Assembly (NCBI GenBank): GCA_963663545.1
Contig: OY760505.1
Location: 1,792,001 to 1,856,000, forward strand
Source: Candidatus Delongbacteria bacterium
GTDB lineage: Bacteria; CAIWAD01
Direction: 5' to 3'
DNA: 64,000 nt
Shown here: piece after piece, positions 37,242 through 46,178 of the stretch
How the letters are laid out: the number at the start of each line of letters is the position of its first letter
Position numbering within the stretch: position 1 is the stretch's first letter
Translations under genes and position numbers: made by a program
The notes under the pieces: generated by a model
What the model was told of the DNA's origin: nothing
What the model saw: the letters and a program-made list of their open reading frames with translations, nothing else
Database searches by the model: none

Positions 37242-39380
37242 ATGACTCCTGCCTGGTGGGAACAGCTGCAACAAACACTCGTCTACGTTCGCGGAGTGGG
37301 TCCGCGCAAAGCTGAAGTACTAGCAAAGCATGGCCTGAACACCATTTTCGACCTCCTGGAATACTTCCCCCGGCGCTACCTCGACCGCACCAGTGTCACG
37401 CGTGTCTCAGAAATTGAGGCGGGTAAAGAAATCACCATCGTCGGTCGTGTATTACGCGCACGTACCCTGGGCTACGGGCGCTTCAAGAAGCGTTTTGAGG
37501 CCGTGTTACACGACGGCAGCGGACAAATCAGCCTGGTCTGGTTCAACCGCGTCAACTGGGTGAGTCACTTCTTGCATGAGGGCGAAGTGATTGCCGCCAG
37601 CGGAAAGCCCAGCGAATACCGCGGCTGGCAGCTCCAGCATCCGGCGGTGGAAAAGCTCAGCCTGGAAGGCGAGGGCGAACTGGACGAGAACAGCTTTCTC
37701 GACCTGCCCGATGACTACGAATACTCCGGCCAGATCGTGCCCATCTACCCCGGAACGGAGGAGCTGCGCAAGGCCTGGCTGGACAGCCGTGCCTTTAAAC
37801 GCATCGTGCGCAATGTCTACAGTCGCGAGAGCATTGAGCCCGAGGAGATGCTACCGGCGGAGATTCGCGCCCGCCACCAGCTGGTCGGCTTCTCCACTGC
37901 GCTGCACGACGTCCACCTGGGCGAGAGCCTGGAGGCCGTGCATCACGCGCGTCGCCGCCTGAAGTTTCAGGAACTCTTCATGCTACAACTGATGCTCGCC
38001 TATCGCCGGGCGCACATCAAGCAGGAAGAAGAGGGCATCTCCTTTGAGCAACCCAGTCCGCTGCTGGACCAGCTACTAGCGGAATTGCCTTTTACGCTGA
38101 CCACGGCACAGCGGCGCGTCATCGATGAGATTCTGGCAGATATGCGTGAGCCGCGCCCGATGAATCGCCTGCTGCAGGGCGACGTGGGCAGCGGTAAAAC
38201 CCTGGTGGCGCTGGCGGCCATGCTGGTGGCCGTCGACAACGGCTATCAAGCGGCACTGATGGCGCCCACCGAGATCCTGGCCGAGCAGCATTTCCGCAGC
38301 ACCACGAAAATGCTTGGCGAGCTGGGGCCGCGTGTCACATTGCTCACCGGATCGCGCAAAGGCGAGTTGCGACGCAAGGCGCTGGCAGAAATCGCCAGTG
38401 GGCAGGCGGCCATCGTCCTGGGCACGCACGCGCTCTTTCAGGAAGCCGTGGAGTTCGCCAACCTGGGTCTGGTGATCATTGATGAACAGCACCGTTTTGG
38501 TGTGGAGCAGCGCGCCACTCTGCGCCGCAAGGGAAAACAGCTCGACACACTGGTAATGACGGCCACACCCATTCCGCGCACCATGGCCATTACCGCCTAC
38601 GGCGATATGGACCTTTCGCTGCTGGACCAAATGCCCCCGGGCCGCCTGCCGGTGACGACCGCCTGGCGTGGCGAAAGCAAGCGTAAGGAGATCTTCGCCT
38701 TCGTTCGCGAGCGTGTGTTACAACACGATGAGCAAGCCTATATCGTTTACCCGCTGGTGGAAGAATCCGAGAAGTTGGATCTGCGTGCAGCGGAGGAAGC
38801 CTTTGAAGAGCTCAAGGGCGAGTGGCTTGCCGATTGTCGCCTTGGCCTTTTACATGGCCGCATGAAGGCGACCGAGAAAGACGCCGTGATGCGCGACTTC
38901 CTCAAGGGCGATGTGCAAGTTCTGGTGTCTACAACCGTCATTGAAGTGGGCGTGGACAACCCGCGCGCTACAATCATGGTCGTCGAACAAGCAGAACGCT
39001 TCGGGCTTTCGCAGCTGCATCAGCTACGCGGACGCGTTGGACGCGGCGGTGGAAAATCCTGGTGCGTGCTGGTGGCAGGCAAGGCGCTCAGCCAGGAAGG
39101 ACACGAGCGTTTGACGACGATGGCCAAGACCAGCAATGGATTCGAGATCTCCGAAGTGGACATGCGCATGCGAGGCGTGGGCGATTTCTTCGGCACCCGC
39201 CAGAGCGGTTTGCCCGAACTCAAAATTGCCGACATCATCAACGATCAGGATCTGCTGCTCTTGGCACGCCACGAAGCCTTTGAGCTGGTAGCACGCGATC
39301 ATCAGCTACGCCTCTACCCTGCGTTGCGCGACTATCTGCACCTGCGTCATCACGAGCAAATGCTCAGGATTGAAGACTGA
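37242..39380 (+). CDS. recG: ATP-dependent DNA helicase RecG
   Basis: GVGP, MNRLLQGDVGSGKT, MAPTEILAEQH, DEQHRFG, MTATPIPRT, QLHQLRGRVGRG, GTRQSG. Confidence 0.97.
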   Translation: MTPAWWEQLQQTLVYVRGVGPRKAEVLAKHGLNTIFDLLEYFPRRYLDRTSVTRVSEIEAGKEITIVGRVLRARTLGYGRFKKRFEAVLHDGSGQISLVWFNRVNWVSHFLHEGEVIAASGKPSEYRGWQLQHPAVEKLSLEGEGELDENSFLDLPDDYEYSGQIVPIYPGTEELRKAWLDSRAFKRIVRNVYSRESIEPEEMLPAEIRARHQLVGFSTALHDVHLGESLEAVHHARRRLKFQELFMLQLMLAYRRAHIKQEEEGISFEQPSPLLDQLLAELPFTLTTAQRRVIDEILADMREPRPMNRLLQGDVGSGKTLVALAAMLVAVDNGYQAALMAPTEILAEQHFRSTTKMLGELGPRVTLLTGSRKGELRRKALAEIASGQAAIVLGTHALFQEAVEFANLGLVIIDEQHRFGVEQRATLRRKGKQLDTLVMTATPIPRTMAITAYGDMDLSLLDQMPPGRLPVTTAWRGESKRKEIFAFVRERVLQHDEQAYIVYPLVEESEKLDLRAAEEAFEELKGEWLADCRLGLLHGRMKATEKDAVMRDFLKGDVQVLVSTTVIEVGVDNPRATIMVVEQAERFGLSQLHQLRGRVGRGGGKSWCVLVAGKALSQEGHERLTTMAKTSNGFEISEVDMRMRGVGDFFGTRQSGLPELKIADIINDQDLLLLARHEAFELVARDHQLRLYPALRDYLHLRHHEQMLRIED

Positions 39381-41887
39381 TGGTGCGTATCACAATATCC
39401 TGGCCCGTTGTGGCTGTCATTCTTCCGCTTCCTGTTGAGGGTTCATGGAGCTACCGCGTTCCCGAGGAATTTCGTGCGCAACTTCGAGCTGGTTCGCGCG
39501 TTCTTGTGCCCTTTGGTCGCAGGCAGCTAGTGGGCTACGTCAAAGGTCCGGGTGATACACCCGCTGGCACGAAGCTCAAATCTGTGCTGGACCTGCTCGA
39601 CCCGGAACCGCTGTTGGACGAGGACATGCTCCGCTTCTGCGGCCAACTGGCAAACTACTACGCCTGCTCTACAGGCGAAGTGTTGCGCGCCGCGCTTCCG
39701 CCAGGAATCAATGGCAGCGCACGCTGTTACTTCAGTCAGCAGGAAGACACTCTACTCAGGCGTCCCATTCGTATCACACCGCGACGCAAACGAATCCTTC
39801 AACTTGTTGCAGAACGCGGAAATTTGTCGCTGGCCTATTTGACGGAAGAGCTGGGTGCAGGTCTGCAGCAGGACTTGAACGAGCTGGTCAGCGCCGGCTT
39901 TCTGCACCGCGAAGAGCGTGTTGAAGACAGTCGCCGCCAAGCGCCCATGCGTCGAGTGCTGGTACCCAATCTTCGCGAGGGTGAAGAACGCGACAAGCTG
40001 CTCAAGGTCAAGGAACGCCGTGCACCTCGACAAGCGGACCTGCTGCACGAGCTACTGAAGCGTAGCGCCGGACGTCTGGATCGTGCAGATGCAACAGGGC
40101 TTGGGTTTTCTTCTTCTGTAATACGCGGCCTTTTGGACGATGGTGTTGTGACACAGGAGCTGGAGCCGGACCTGGCCGAGGACGAGTACGATCAGGACCA
40201 CAGCGTGTTACAGCTGCAATTGACGCCACAACAGCAGGCGGTAGTCGAACGCGTGTCAGCCAAGCTGATGCCCCACGATCGCAAAAGCGCCAACAGCGGT
40301 GAATCCTACACGGCCTTTTTGCTGCACGGTGTCACTGGCAGCGGTAAAACGCAGGTGTACCTGGAACTGGCGCGTCGTGCTCTGCACATGGGGCGAGGTG
40401 TGCTGGTGCTCGTCCCCGAGATTGCGCTGACGCCGCAAATTGTAGCACGCTTTCGCAGCTACCTTGGCAATCAGGTAGCCGTGATACATAGCCGCATGAC
40501 CCCCGCTCGGCGTTTTGCCATCTGGCAGGCACTCCGCGAGAATCGACTGCGCGTCGTGGTGGGAGCTCGCAGTGCGCTGTTTGCGCCCATTCGCAACCTG
40601 GGACTGATTGTGGTCGACGAGGAGCACGAGACCAGCTTCAAGCAGTACGACCCCGCTCCCAGATATCACGCTCGCGATGCGGCTGTGTTACGCGCACGTG
40701 ACCTTGGTATTCCGGTACTACTGGGAAGCGCGACGCCTTCGCTGGAATCCTGGTACAACGCCCAGCAGGGGCGCTACACGCTATTGGAGCTTCCCGAACG
40801 CGTGATGCAACGCCCGCTTCCCAGCGTCGAACTGCTTGACCTGCGCAAATTCTACGACAGCCTACGCGGCAAAGGTGATACAGTGCGCGCCTTCAGTGAT
40901 CCGCTTATCGAGGCGCTGCTGCAGGTCAAGGAGCGGGGCGAGCAAGCCATTATTCTGCAGAACCGTCGCGGCCATTCCACCTGGCTGCAATGCGAGAAGT
41001 GTGGCGAAGCCTTGCGCTGTATTCGCTGTGATGTATCACTGGTCTGGCATCGCAGCGATCGCAGGGCCCACTGCCACCTTTGTGGTCTCAGCCTGCCGCG
41101 CCCTGAGAAATGCCCAGCCTGCGGAGGTGAAATTGCCTTTCTGGGTCATGGCACGCAGAAGGTTGAAGAAGAGCTGACCGAAGTGTTGCCCGATGCCAGG
41201 TTGTTGCGCATGGATCGTGATACAACCGGTGAGCGCGGCGCCTATGTGCGCATGGTGCGTGAGTTCAACGAAGGGCAGTACGATATTTTGCTGGGCACAC
41301 AGAGTGTGGCCAAAGGACTGGACTTTTCCCGTGTCACACTGGTGGGCGTAATCAATGCCGATACCGAACTCAACCTACCCGACTTTCGCGCACACGAGTG
41401 GGCCTTTCAGCTCATCAGCCAAGTGGCGGGACGAGCCGGACGCGGTGACACACCGGGCAAGGTGATTGTGCAAACGGCCAATCCGGATTCGCCGCCACTG
41501 ACGCTTGCCGCCGCCCACGACTACCGCGCTTTTGCAGATGGCGAACTTGTAGCACGCCGTCACGCAGGGTATCCGCCCTTTGTGCGCCTGGCACGTCTCG
41601 TGCTTCGTTCCGTGAAAGAGGAAGAAGCCGCCCAGGCTGCCTTGCGCTTACAACATGCAGCCGAGGATCAGGGCAGCGTGCTGGTAATGAAAGCCGGGCC
41701 CGCCCCGGTCCAGTTTGTGCGCCGCGAGTATCGTCACCACCTGATTCTTAAAAGCCCGCGCAAAAGCGATCCAGCCGGACGCGCTCTACGCACCTGTTTG
41801 CGTCATTTGCGCCAGGTATTCGAGCGTGACTGCAAACGCACCGGCTTGAGCCTGTACATCGATGTCGATCCACAGGGGCTGATGTGA
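39380..41887 (+). CDS. priA: Primosomal protein N' (PriA)
   Basis: VPFG, GVTGSGKT, VPEIALTPQ, DEEHE, YHARD, GSATPS, four CxxC pairs, KGLDF, GRAGR. Confidence 0.97.
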   Translation: MVRITISWPVVAVILPLPVEGSWSYRVPEEFRAQLRAGSRVLVPFGRRQLVGYVKGPGDTPAGTKLKSVLDLLDPEPLLDEDMLRFCGQLANYYACSTGEVLRAALPPGINGSARCYFSQQEDTLLRRPIRITPRRKRILQLVAERGNLSLAYLTEELGAGLQQDLNELVSAGFLHREERVEDSRRQAPMRRVLVPNLREGEERDKLLKVKERRAPRQADLLHELLKRSAGRLDRADATGLGFSSSVIRGLLDDGVVTQELEPDLAEDEYDQDHSVLQLQLTPQQQAVVERVSAKLMPHDRKSANSGESYTAFLLHGVTGSGKTQVYLELARRALHMGRGVLVLVPEIALTPQIVARFRSYLGNQVAVIHSRMTPARRFAIWQALRENRLRVVVGARSALFAPIRNLGLIVVDEEHETSFKQYDPAPRYHARDAAVLRARDLGIPVLLGSATPSLESWYNAQQGRYTLLELPERVMQRPLPSVELLDLRKFYDSLRGKGDTVRAFSDPLIEALLQVKERGEQAIILQNRRGHSTWLQCEKCGEALRCIRCDVSLVWHRSDRRAHCHLCGLSLPRPEKCPACGGEIAFLGHGTQKVEEELTEVLPDARLLRMDRDTTGERGAYVRMVREFNEGQYDILLGTQSVAKGLDFSRVTLVGVINADTELNLPDFRAHEWAFQLISQVAGRAGRGDTPGKVIVQTANPDSPPLTLAAAHDYRAFADGELVARRHAGYPPFVRLARLVLRSVKEEEAAQAALRLQHAAEDQGSVLVMKAGPAPVQFVRREYRHHLILKSPRKSDPAGRALRTCLRHLRQVFERDCKRTGLSLYIDVDPQGLM

Positions 41888-42999
41888 TGCGCACGATCCT
41901 TCAAATTCTGCTGGGATTGCTTCTTCTTCCCCTGCTGCTTCTTGCTCAGACACAACAAACGCCGGTGGAACGGCTAGCTGGCAAATGGGAGCATCCTGCG
42001 CTTCTGGAGTTTGAGCAGCTGCGTGTTCGCCCTTTCACCATTCACTTCCATCCTGTGGATCGCGCTTATGCTTCGGCTGTGGCAATGGCCATCGAGCAAG
42101 GACAGCGACGGCTGACCGAAGACCTTACGCTGATCAACTTCCAGAACAGCCAGGTCGTCATCGCTTTCAATGGCGAGCACTTCTACGCAACGGCCGGACC
42201 CGGTAGCCCGGGTTGGGCCGCGGCCATTGCCAATGCGCAACGTCGCCTGATTGTGATGAAAAGTCCGCGCTGGTCTGCGGTGAGTCCAAACCCGACGGCC
42301 ACAATCCTGCACGAGATGGCGCATCTGGGCGTTGGCATTCTCACCCGCGGCGGGCAAATTCCCCTTTGGCTCGAAGAGGGAATTGCAGTAGTGGAAGCCG
42401 GTGTGCCCCAAGGCTTCCTTGGTGATAGCGGTCTGGGCCTTTCCCAAGCACTGCACTCCGGGGGCCTAATGCACCTGGACGACATTGGCCAGCTCGATGG
42501 CATGTCGGGTGCGGGAGTGGATCTGGCGTACCAACAGGCCGAAAGCGCCGTCCGCTACTTCATCGAACGCTTCGGTCGCCTGGCACTGATCCAGACACTC
42601 AGCTTGGTGGGCGAGGGCGAGGACTTCTCTGTAGCTTTCGATAAAGCTACCGGCGGCAGCTACTACCGCTTCGAAAGCGATTGGCGTGACTGGCTGAAGG
42701 ACAACGCTGGCCTGTGGTTCCTGACGGGACTAAAGGGCTGGTTCTGGGTCGGCGCGATTCTTTTGGTCAGCGTCGGTGTTCTCTTGCGGCGTTTGCGTGC
42801 GCGACGAATCTTGAAGCGCTGGCAAGCCGAAGAAGAGGCGCAGGTTGCCCAGTCACTTCACGCAGATTTCCACTCAGAACCGGTTGCGGAACGTGGGAAC
42901 TCAAGCGATGCGCGCAAAATTCCCATTGACTGGAAAATGGGACCGGCTACAAAAACAACCACAACGCCTCCCTCTTCGAACGAGGATGATGCACGCTAG
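41887..42999 (+). CDS. Peptidase MA-like metallopeptidase with signal peptide and C-terminal TM helix
   Basis: ILHEMAHL, PLWLEEGIA, LAYQQA; TM segment near C-terminus; start overlaps the priA stop. Confidence 0.75.
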   Translation: MRTILQILLGLLLLPLLLLAQTQQTPVERLAGKWEHPALLEFEQLRVRPFTIHFHPVDRAYASAVAMAIEQGQRRLTEDLTLINFQNSQVVIAFNGEHFYATAGPGSPGWAAAIANAQRRLIVMKSPRWSAVSPNPTATILHEMAHLGVGILTRGGQIPLWLEEGIAVVEAGVPQGFLGDSGLGLSQALHSGGLMHLDDIGQLDGMSGAGVDLAYQQAESAVRYFIERFGRLALIQTLSLVGEGEDFSVAFDKATGGSYYRFESDWRDWLKDNAGLWFLTGLKGWFWVGAILLVSVGVLLRRLRARRILKRWQAEEEAQVAQSLHADFHSEPVAERGNSSDARKIPIDWKMGPATKTTTTPPSSNEDDAR

Positions 43000-43193
43000 C
43001 GTGTACCACTTCACAGCAAGCGCCATTTCTGGCAAACCGCTTCACTAGACGGTATACGGCGTACTCTGCTGGTGTACACTTTGTGATACAAATGTGCGCG
43101 CCACGCTTGACACAGCCAGCATAACCCAACCATAATTTCATCAACCCCTCAAAAAATATTTTCAGAAAAAGTGTCGCGTGACAGATTTTTCAC

Positions 43194-43263
43194 TTGCCAA
43201 AGTGCTCCGCAGGCTCTATTTTCGCCCCCGAATTAGCAATCGAACCCAACCTGCCTCGAAACA
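43194..43263 (+). promoter_or_regulatory. Promoter plus conserved leader element (copy 1)
   Basis: TTGCCA-N17-TATTTTCG, then a 35-nt block 32/35 identical to 44689-44723. Confidence 0.6.
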
Positions 43264-43359
43264 CTCAACAGTCAATTTTGCGGTGCAATGCGACCAGATG
43301 CATTCTCCATAGGTGGTGGGGTTTGCGGCAAAGAATTGATTGGAAATAGGAGAACGGTC

Positions 43360-44442
43360 ATGAAGCGTTTTGTTACCCTGCTTACTGTTTCGATCACGAT
43401 GGCTGCAATTGCCTTCGCAGATCATCCTTCCATGGACCCCGAGTACGGCGAAGGGACCAATTTCCCCTTCCATCCCGGCCCTTGGGTAACCACCTCTTAT
43501 GACGCGGGCAACATCTGGCAGGAGTGCTTCTGCCTACCCACCGCCAGCTACGAAGTGCAAACCAACGATCCCACCGTACCCATTCGTGTTTTCAACACAA
43601 TGCGGCTGACGGGCGGCATTACCGACGAGTGCCAAACCACCGGCATCTACAATCCCGAGCCCAAGAACTGGTACTCGCCTGGCACAACCAATTCCTTCTC
43701 ACTGGACTTCTACTTCGCCGGGCAGCCCCTTTCCAGCGTGGAAGAGGGACTCGGCTTCTTCATTACCGATGACATCGCGGTCACCCCCGAACGCGCCATG
43801 CTTAACCTGGCCGTTACCATGCAGAACCTGGGTGGCGCCATCCAGGTATCCGTAGTCGACGCCTCCGGCCCGAAGCTCACGGTGCCGATTCCCGGCAATA
43901 CTCCCGACTACCGCTTCTATCTGATGCGCATCGAGTACACATATGTGGAAGCCGCCGACCAAGGCCTCCTGAGTCTGCGCGTTTTTGATTTCGCCTCGGA
44001 TCCTACGGGCGCTGTCATCGAGTTGGTCAATGACCTGCCCATCATTCCCGTCAACTCTGGTTACCTGGCATTCAGTGCCCACGCCTGCCCTGTTGAAGGT
44101 GTTGTGCCTTACCAGTACATCGACGACATCTGCATGAGCTTCGGTTATACGCCGACGGCCGAGGCGGTAGTAGCCGAGTCCTCTTTCGAGCTGGGACAGA
44201 ATTTCCCGAACCCCTTCAACCCAACGACGACCATCAGCTACACCGCCAAAGAAACTGGTGAGCTTAGCCTTAAGGTGTACGATCTGGCAGGCAGCCTGGT
44301 CTCTACGCTGGTTGACGGCATGGTTGAAATGGGCGAGCATGAGGTTGTCTTCAACGGCAGCAACCTGGCAAGTGGTGTGTATTTCTACACGATCGAAAGC
44401 GCTGGCATGGTGAGCACCAAGAAAATGGTGCTTGTCAAGTAA
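43360..44442 (+). CDS. Secreted protein, probable ConA/L-type lectin-like beta-sandwich, with PNPFNP C-terminal domain
   Basis: Signal peptide MKRFVTLL...AFA; MRLT, F.LDFYF, EGL.FF, GY..F.A, IDD pattern; QNFPNPFNP...GVYFY...KKMVLVK. Confidence 0.7.
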   Translation: MKRFVTLLTVSITMAAIAFADHPSMDPEYGEGTNFPFHPGPWVTTSYDAGNIWQECFCLPTASYEVQTNDPTVPIRVFNTMRLTGGITDECQTTGIYNPEPKNWYSPGTTNSFSLDFYFAGQPLSSVEEGLGFFITDDIAVTPERAMLNLAVTMQNLGGAIQVSVVDASGPKLTVPIPGNTPDYRFYLMRIEYTYVEAADQGLLSLRVFDFASDPTGAVIELVNDLPIIPVNSGYLAFSAHACPVEGVVPYQYIDDICMSFGYTPTAEAVVAESSFELGQNFPNPFNPTTTISYTAKETGELSLKVYDLAGSLVSTLVDGMVEMGEHEVVFNGSNLASGVYFYTIESAGMVSTKKMVLVK

Positions 44443-44469
44443 CGACTCTCATCCCATACCCAATACATC

Positions 44470-44500
44470 AAACGCGCCCTTCTCCCGGGGCGCGTTTTTT
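44470..44500 (+). terminator. Intrinsic terminator
   Basis: AAACGCGCCC...GGGCGCGTTTTTT. Confidence 0.8.
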
Positions 44501-44653
44501 CTTCTCAACAAGAAGCGCATCGATCCAAAGCCGCTTCCATGGCCGTATACACAAAGGGGCGGTTGTCCCCGTGTATCACAGAGCGCAGAAGCCCGGACAG
44601 AGATCGCGACCGCAGTGCCAGAGAGGGCCACTGAGATTTTTTTCATTTTCTAC

Positions 44654-44723
44654 TTGCATTTCAGCTTTGCGCCCTCTACCTTTGGCCTCGAATTAGCAAT
44701 CAAACCCTACCTGCCTCGATACA
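44654..44723 (+). promoter_or_regulatory. Promoter plus conserved leader element (copy 2)
   Basis: TTGCAT-N17-TACCTTTG then CGAATTAGCAATCAAACCCTACCTGCCTCGATACA. Confidence 0.6.
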
Positions 44724-44820
44724 ACCAAAACAGAGAAGTAGTTGGTGCCCTGCGGCCCGAAGTGTATTCCTGGGTGGTGGAATTCACGAAGGCGGCGGAC
44801 TTGTAGAAGGGGGAAATCGC

Positions 44821-45906
44821 ATGAAGCGGTTCGTTACGCTGCTGACAGTTTCCATCACGATGGCCGCCATTGCATTTGCGGACCATCCGATGCAGGACCC
44901 GGATTATGGTACGGACACGGGTTTCCCGTTCCACCCTGGTGCTTGGGTCTCGACCACATTTGACGCTGGCGATGTATGGCAGGAGTGCTTCTGCCTTCCG
45001 ACCGTCAGCTACTCCGTAATCACCTCCGACATCTCCGTGCCCATTCGTGTGTTCAACACGATGCGCATGACGGGTGGACAGGCGACGGAGTGCCAGTACA
45101 CAATGATCCAGAACGAGACGTACCGTACTTGGTACCAGCCCGGAACCGCCAACTCCTTCGAGTTGGATTTCTATTTCGCGGCTCAGATGGTGCAGAGTGC
45201 GTCGGAAGGTCTGACCTTCTTTGTGACTCCGCAGCTGCTGCAGAGCCACACGGATCTAGGTCTGGCCGAGCTGTCCGTGCAAATCCGCAATGACGGCTCC
45301 CAGATTCTGATGGGCCTCTACGATGCAAACGGCCTGGTTGTCGAGAATCCGCTGAACAACGGAACTCCCGACTATCGTTTCTACCTGACTCGCGTTGGTT
45401 ACGAGTACAACGAGATCGACAACACCGCTGATGTTACAGTCCGCGTGTTCGACTTCTCGGACGATCCTGCCGGTCATGGCATCACCGTCATCGATGCTCA
45501 GCCTGTTGCCCCGGTCAACGATGGCTATTTCGGCTTTGCCGCCGCCGCCTGCCCGATTAGCGGTATGGCTCCGTACCAGTACATCGACGACATCTGCATG
45601 AGCTTCGGTTACACGCCGACCGCCGACGCCGTAGTCAGCGAGTCTTCGTTTGAGCTGAGCCAGAATTACCCGAACCCCTTCAACCCCACCACGACCATCA
45701 GCTTTGCCACGCAGCAGACCAGCGTGGTCAGCCTGAAGGTTTACGACCTGGCCGGTAGCCTGGTTGAGACTTTGGTGGACGGTTTGGTGGAGCAGGGACA
45801 GCACGAGGTCATCTTTAATGGCAGCGAGCTGGCCAGTGGTGTGTACTTCTACACCCTGGAGTCCGAAGGTCAGATCAACACCCAGAAGATGGTGCTGGTC
45901 AAGTAA
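44821..45906 (+). CDS. Tandem paralogue of the 43360 protein
   Basis: Identical first 23 residues; shared WQECFCLPT, PIRVFNTMR, TPDYRFYL, PYQYIDDICMSFGYTPTA; PNPFNP tail. Confidence 0.75.
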   Translation: MKRFVTLLTVSITMAAIAFADHPMQDPDYGTDTGFPFHPGAWVSTTFDAGDVWQECFCLPTVSYSVITSDISVPIRVFNTMRMTGGQATECQYTMIQNETYRTWYQPGTANSFELDFYFAAQMVQSASEGLTFFVTPQLLQSHTDLGLAELSVQIRNDGSQILMGLYDANGLVVENPLNNGTPDYRFYLTRVGYEYNEIDNTADVTVRVFDFSDDPAGHGITVIDAQPVAPVNDGYFGFAAAACPISGMAPYQYIDDICMSFGYTPTADAVVSESSFELSQNYPNPFNPTTTISFATQQTSVVSLKVYDLAGSLVETLVDGLVEQGQHEVIFNGSELASGVYFYTLESEGQINTQKMVLVK

Positions 45907-45934
45907 GCCTGACTCTCATCCCTAACCCATACAT

Positions 45935-45970
45935 TGATCCGCGCTCGGGCAACCGGGCGCGGATCATTTA
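45935..45970 (+). terminator. Terminator hairpin
   Basis: TGATCCGCGCTCGG-GCAA-CCGGGCGCGGATCA-TTTA. Confidence 0.65.
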
Positions 45971-46125
45971 CATTACTACCGGTCCCGACACCGCTTCAAA
46001 ATCCCGCTTGCTACATAGCTTGAATCAAGGGACGTTGTGCCTCGCCACTTCAAACGACGCAAGAGCCTTCGGAAAACAAGACGGTCCTGTTCCTGGGCTA
46101 CCCTTTTCCGCAGCGATCAAGAAAG

Positions 46126-46149
46126 GAAAAGCCCCGCGTGGCGGGGCTT
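46126..46149 (-). terminator. Intrinsic terminator after the M1 peptidase gene
   Basis: AAGCCCCGC-GTG-GCGGGGCTT with TTTT tail on the minus strand. Confidence 0.7.
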
Positions 46150-46178
46150 AAGGGATTGATTGCCATCTGTTGATGCGC

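Noticed and set aside
45971..46125. Possible sRNA between convergent terminators
   Set aside because: No recognisable promoter, structure or family signature by eye
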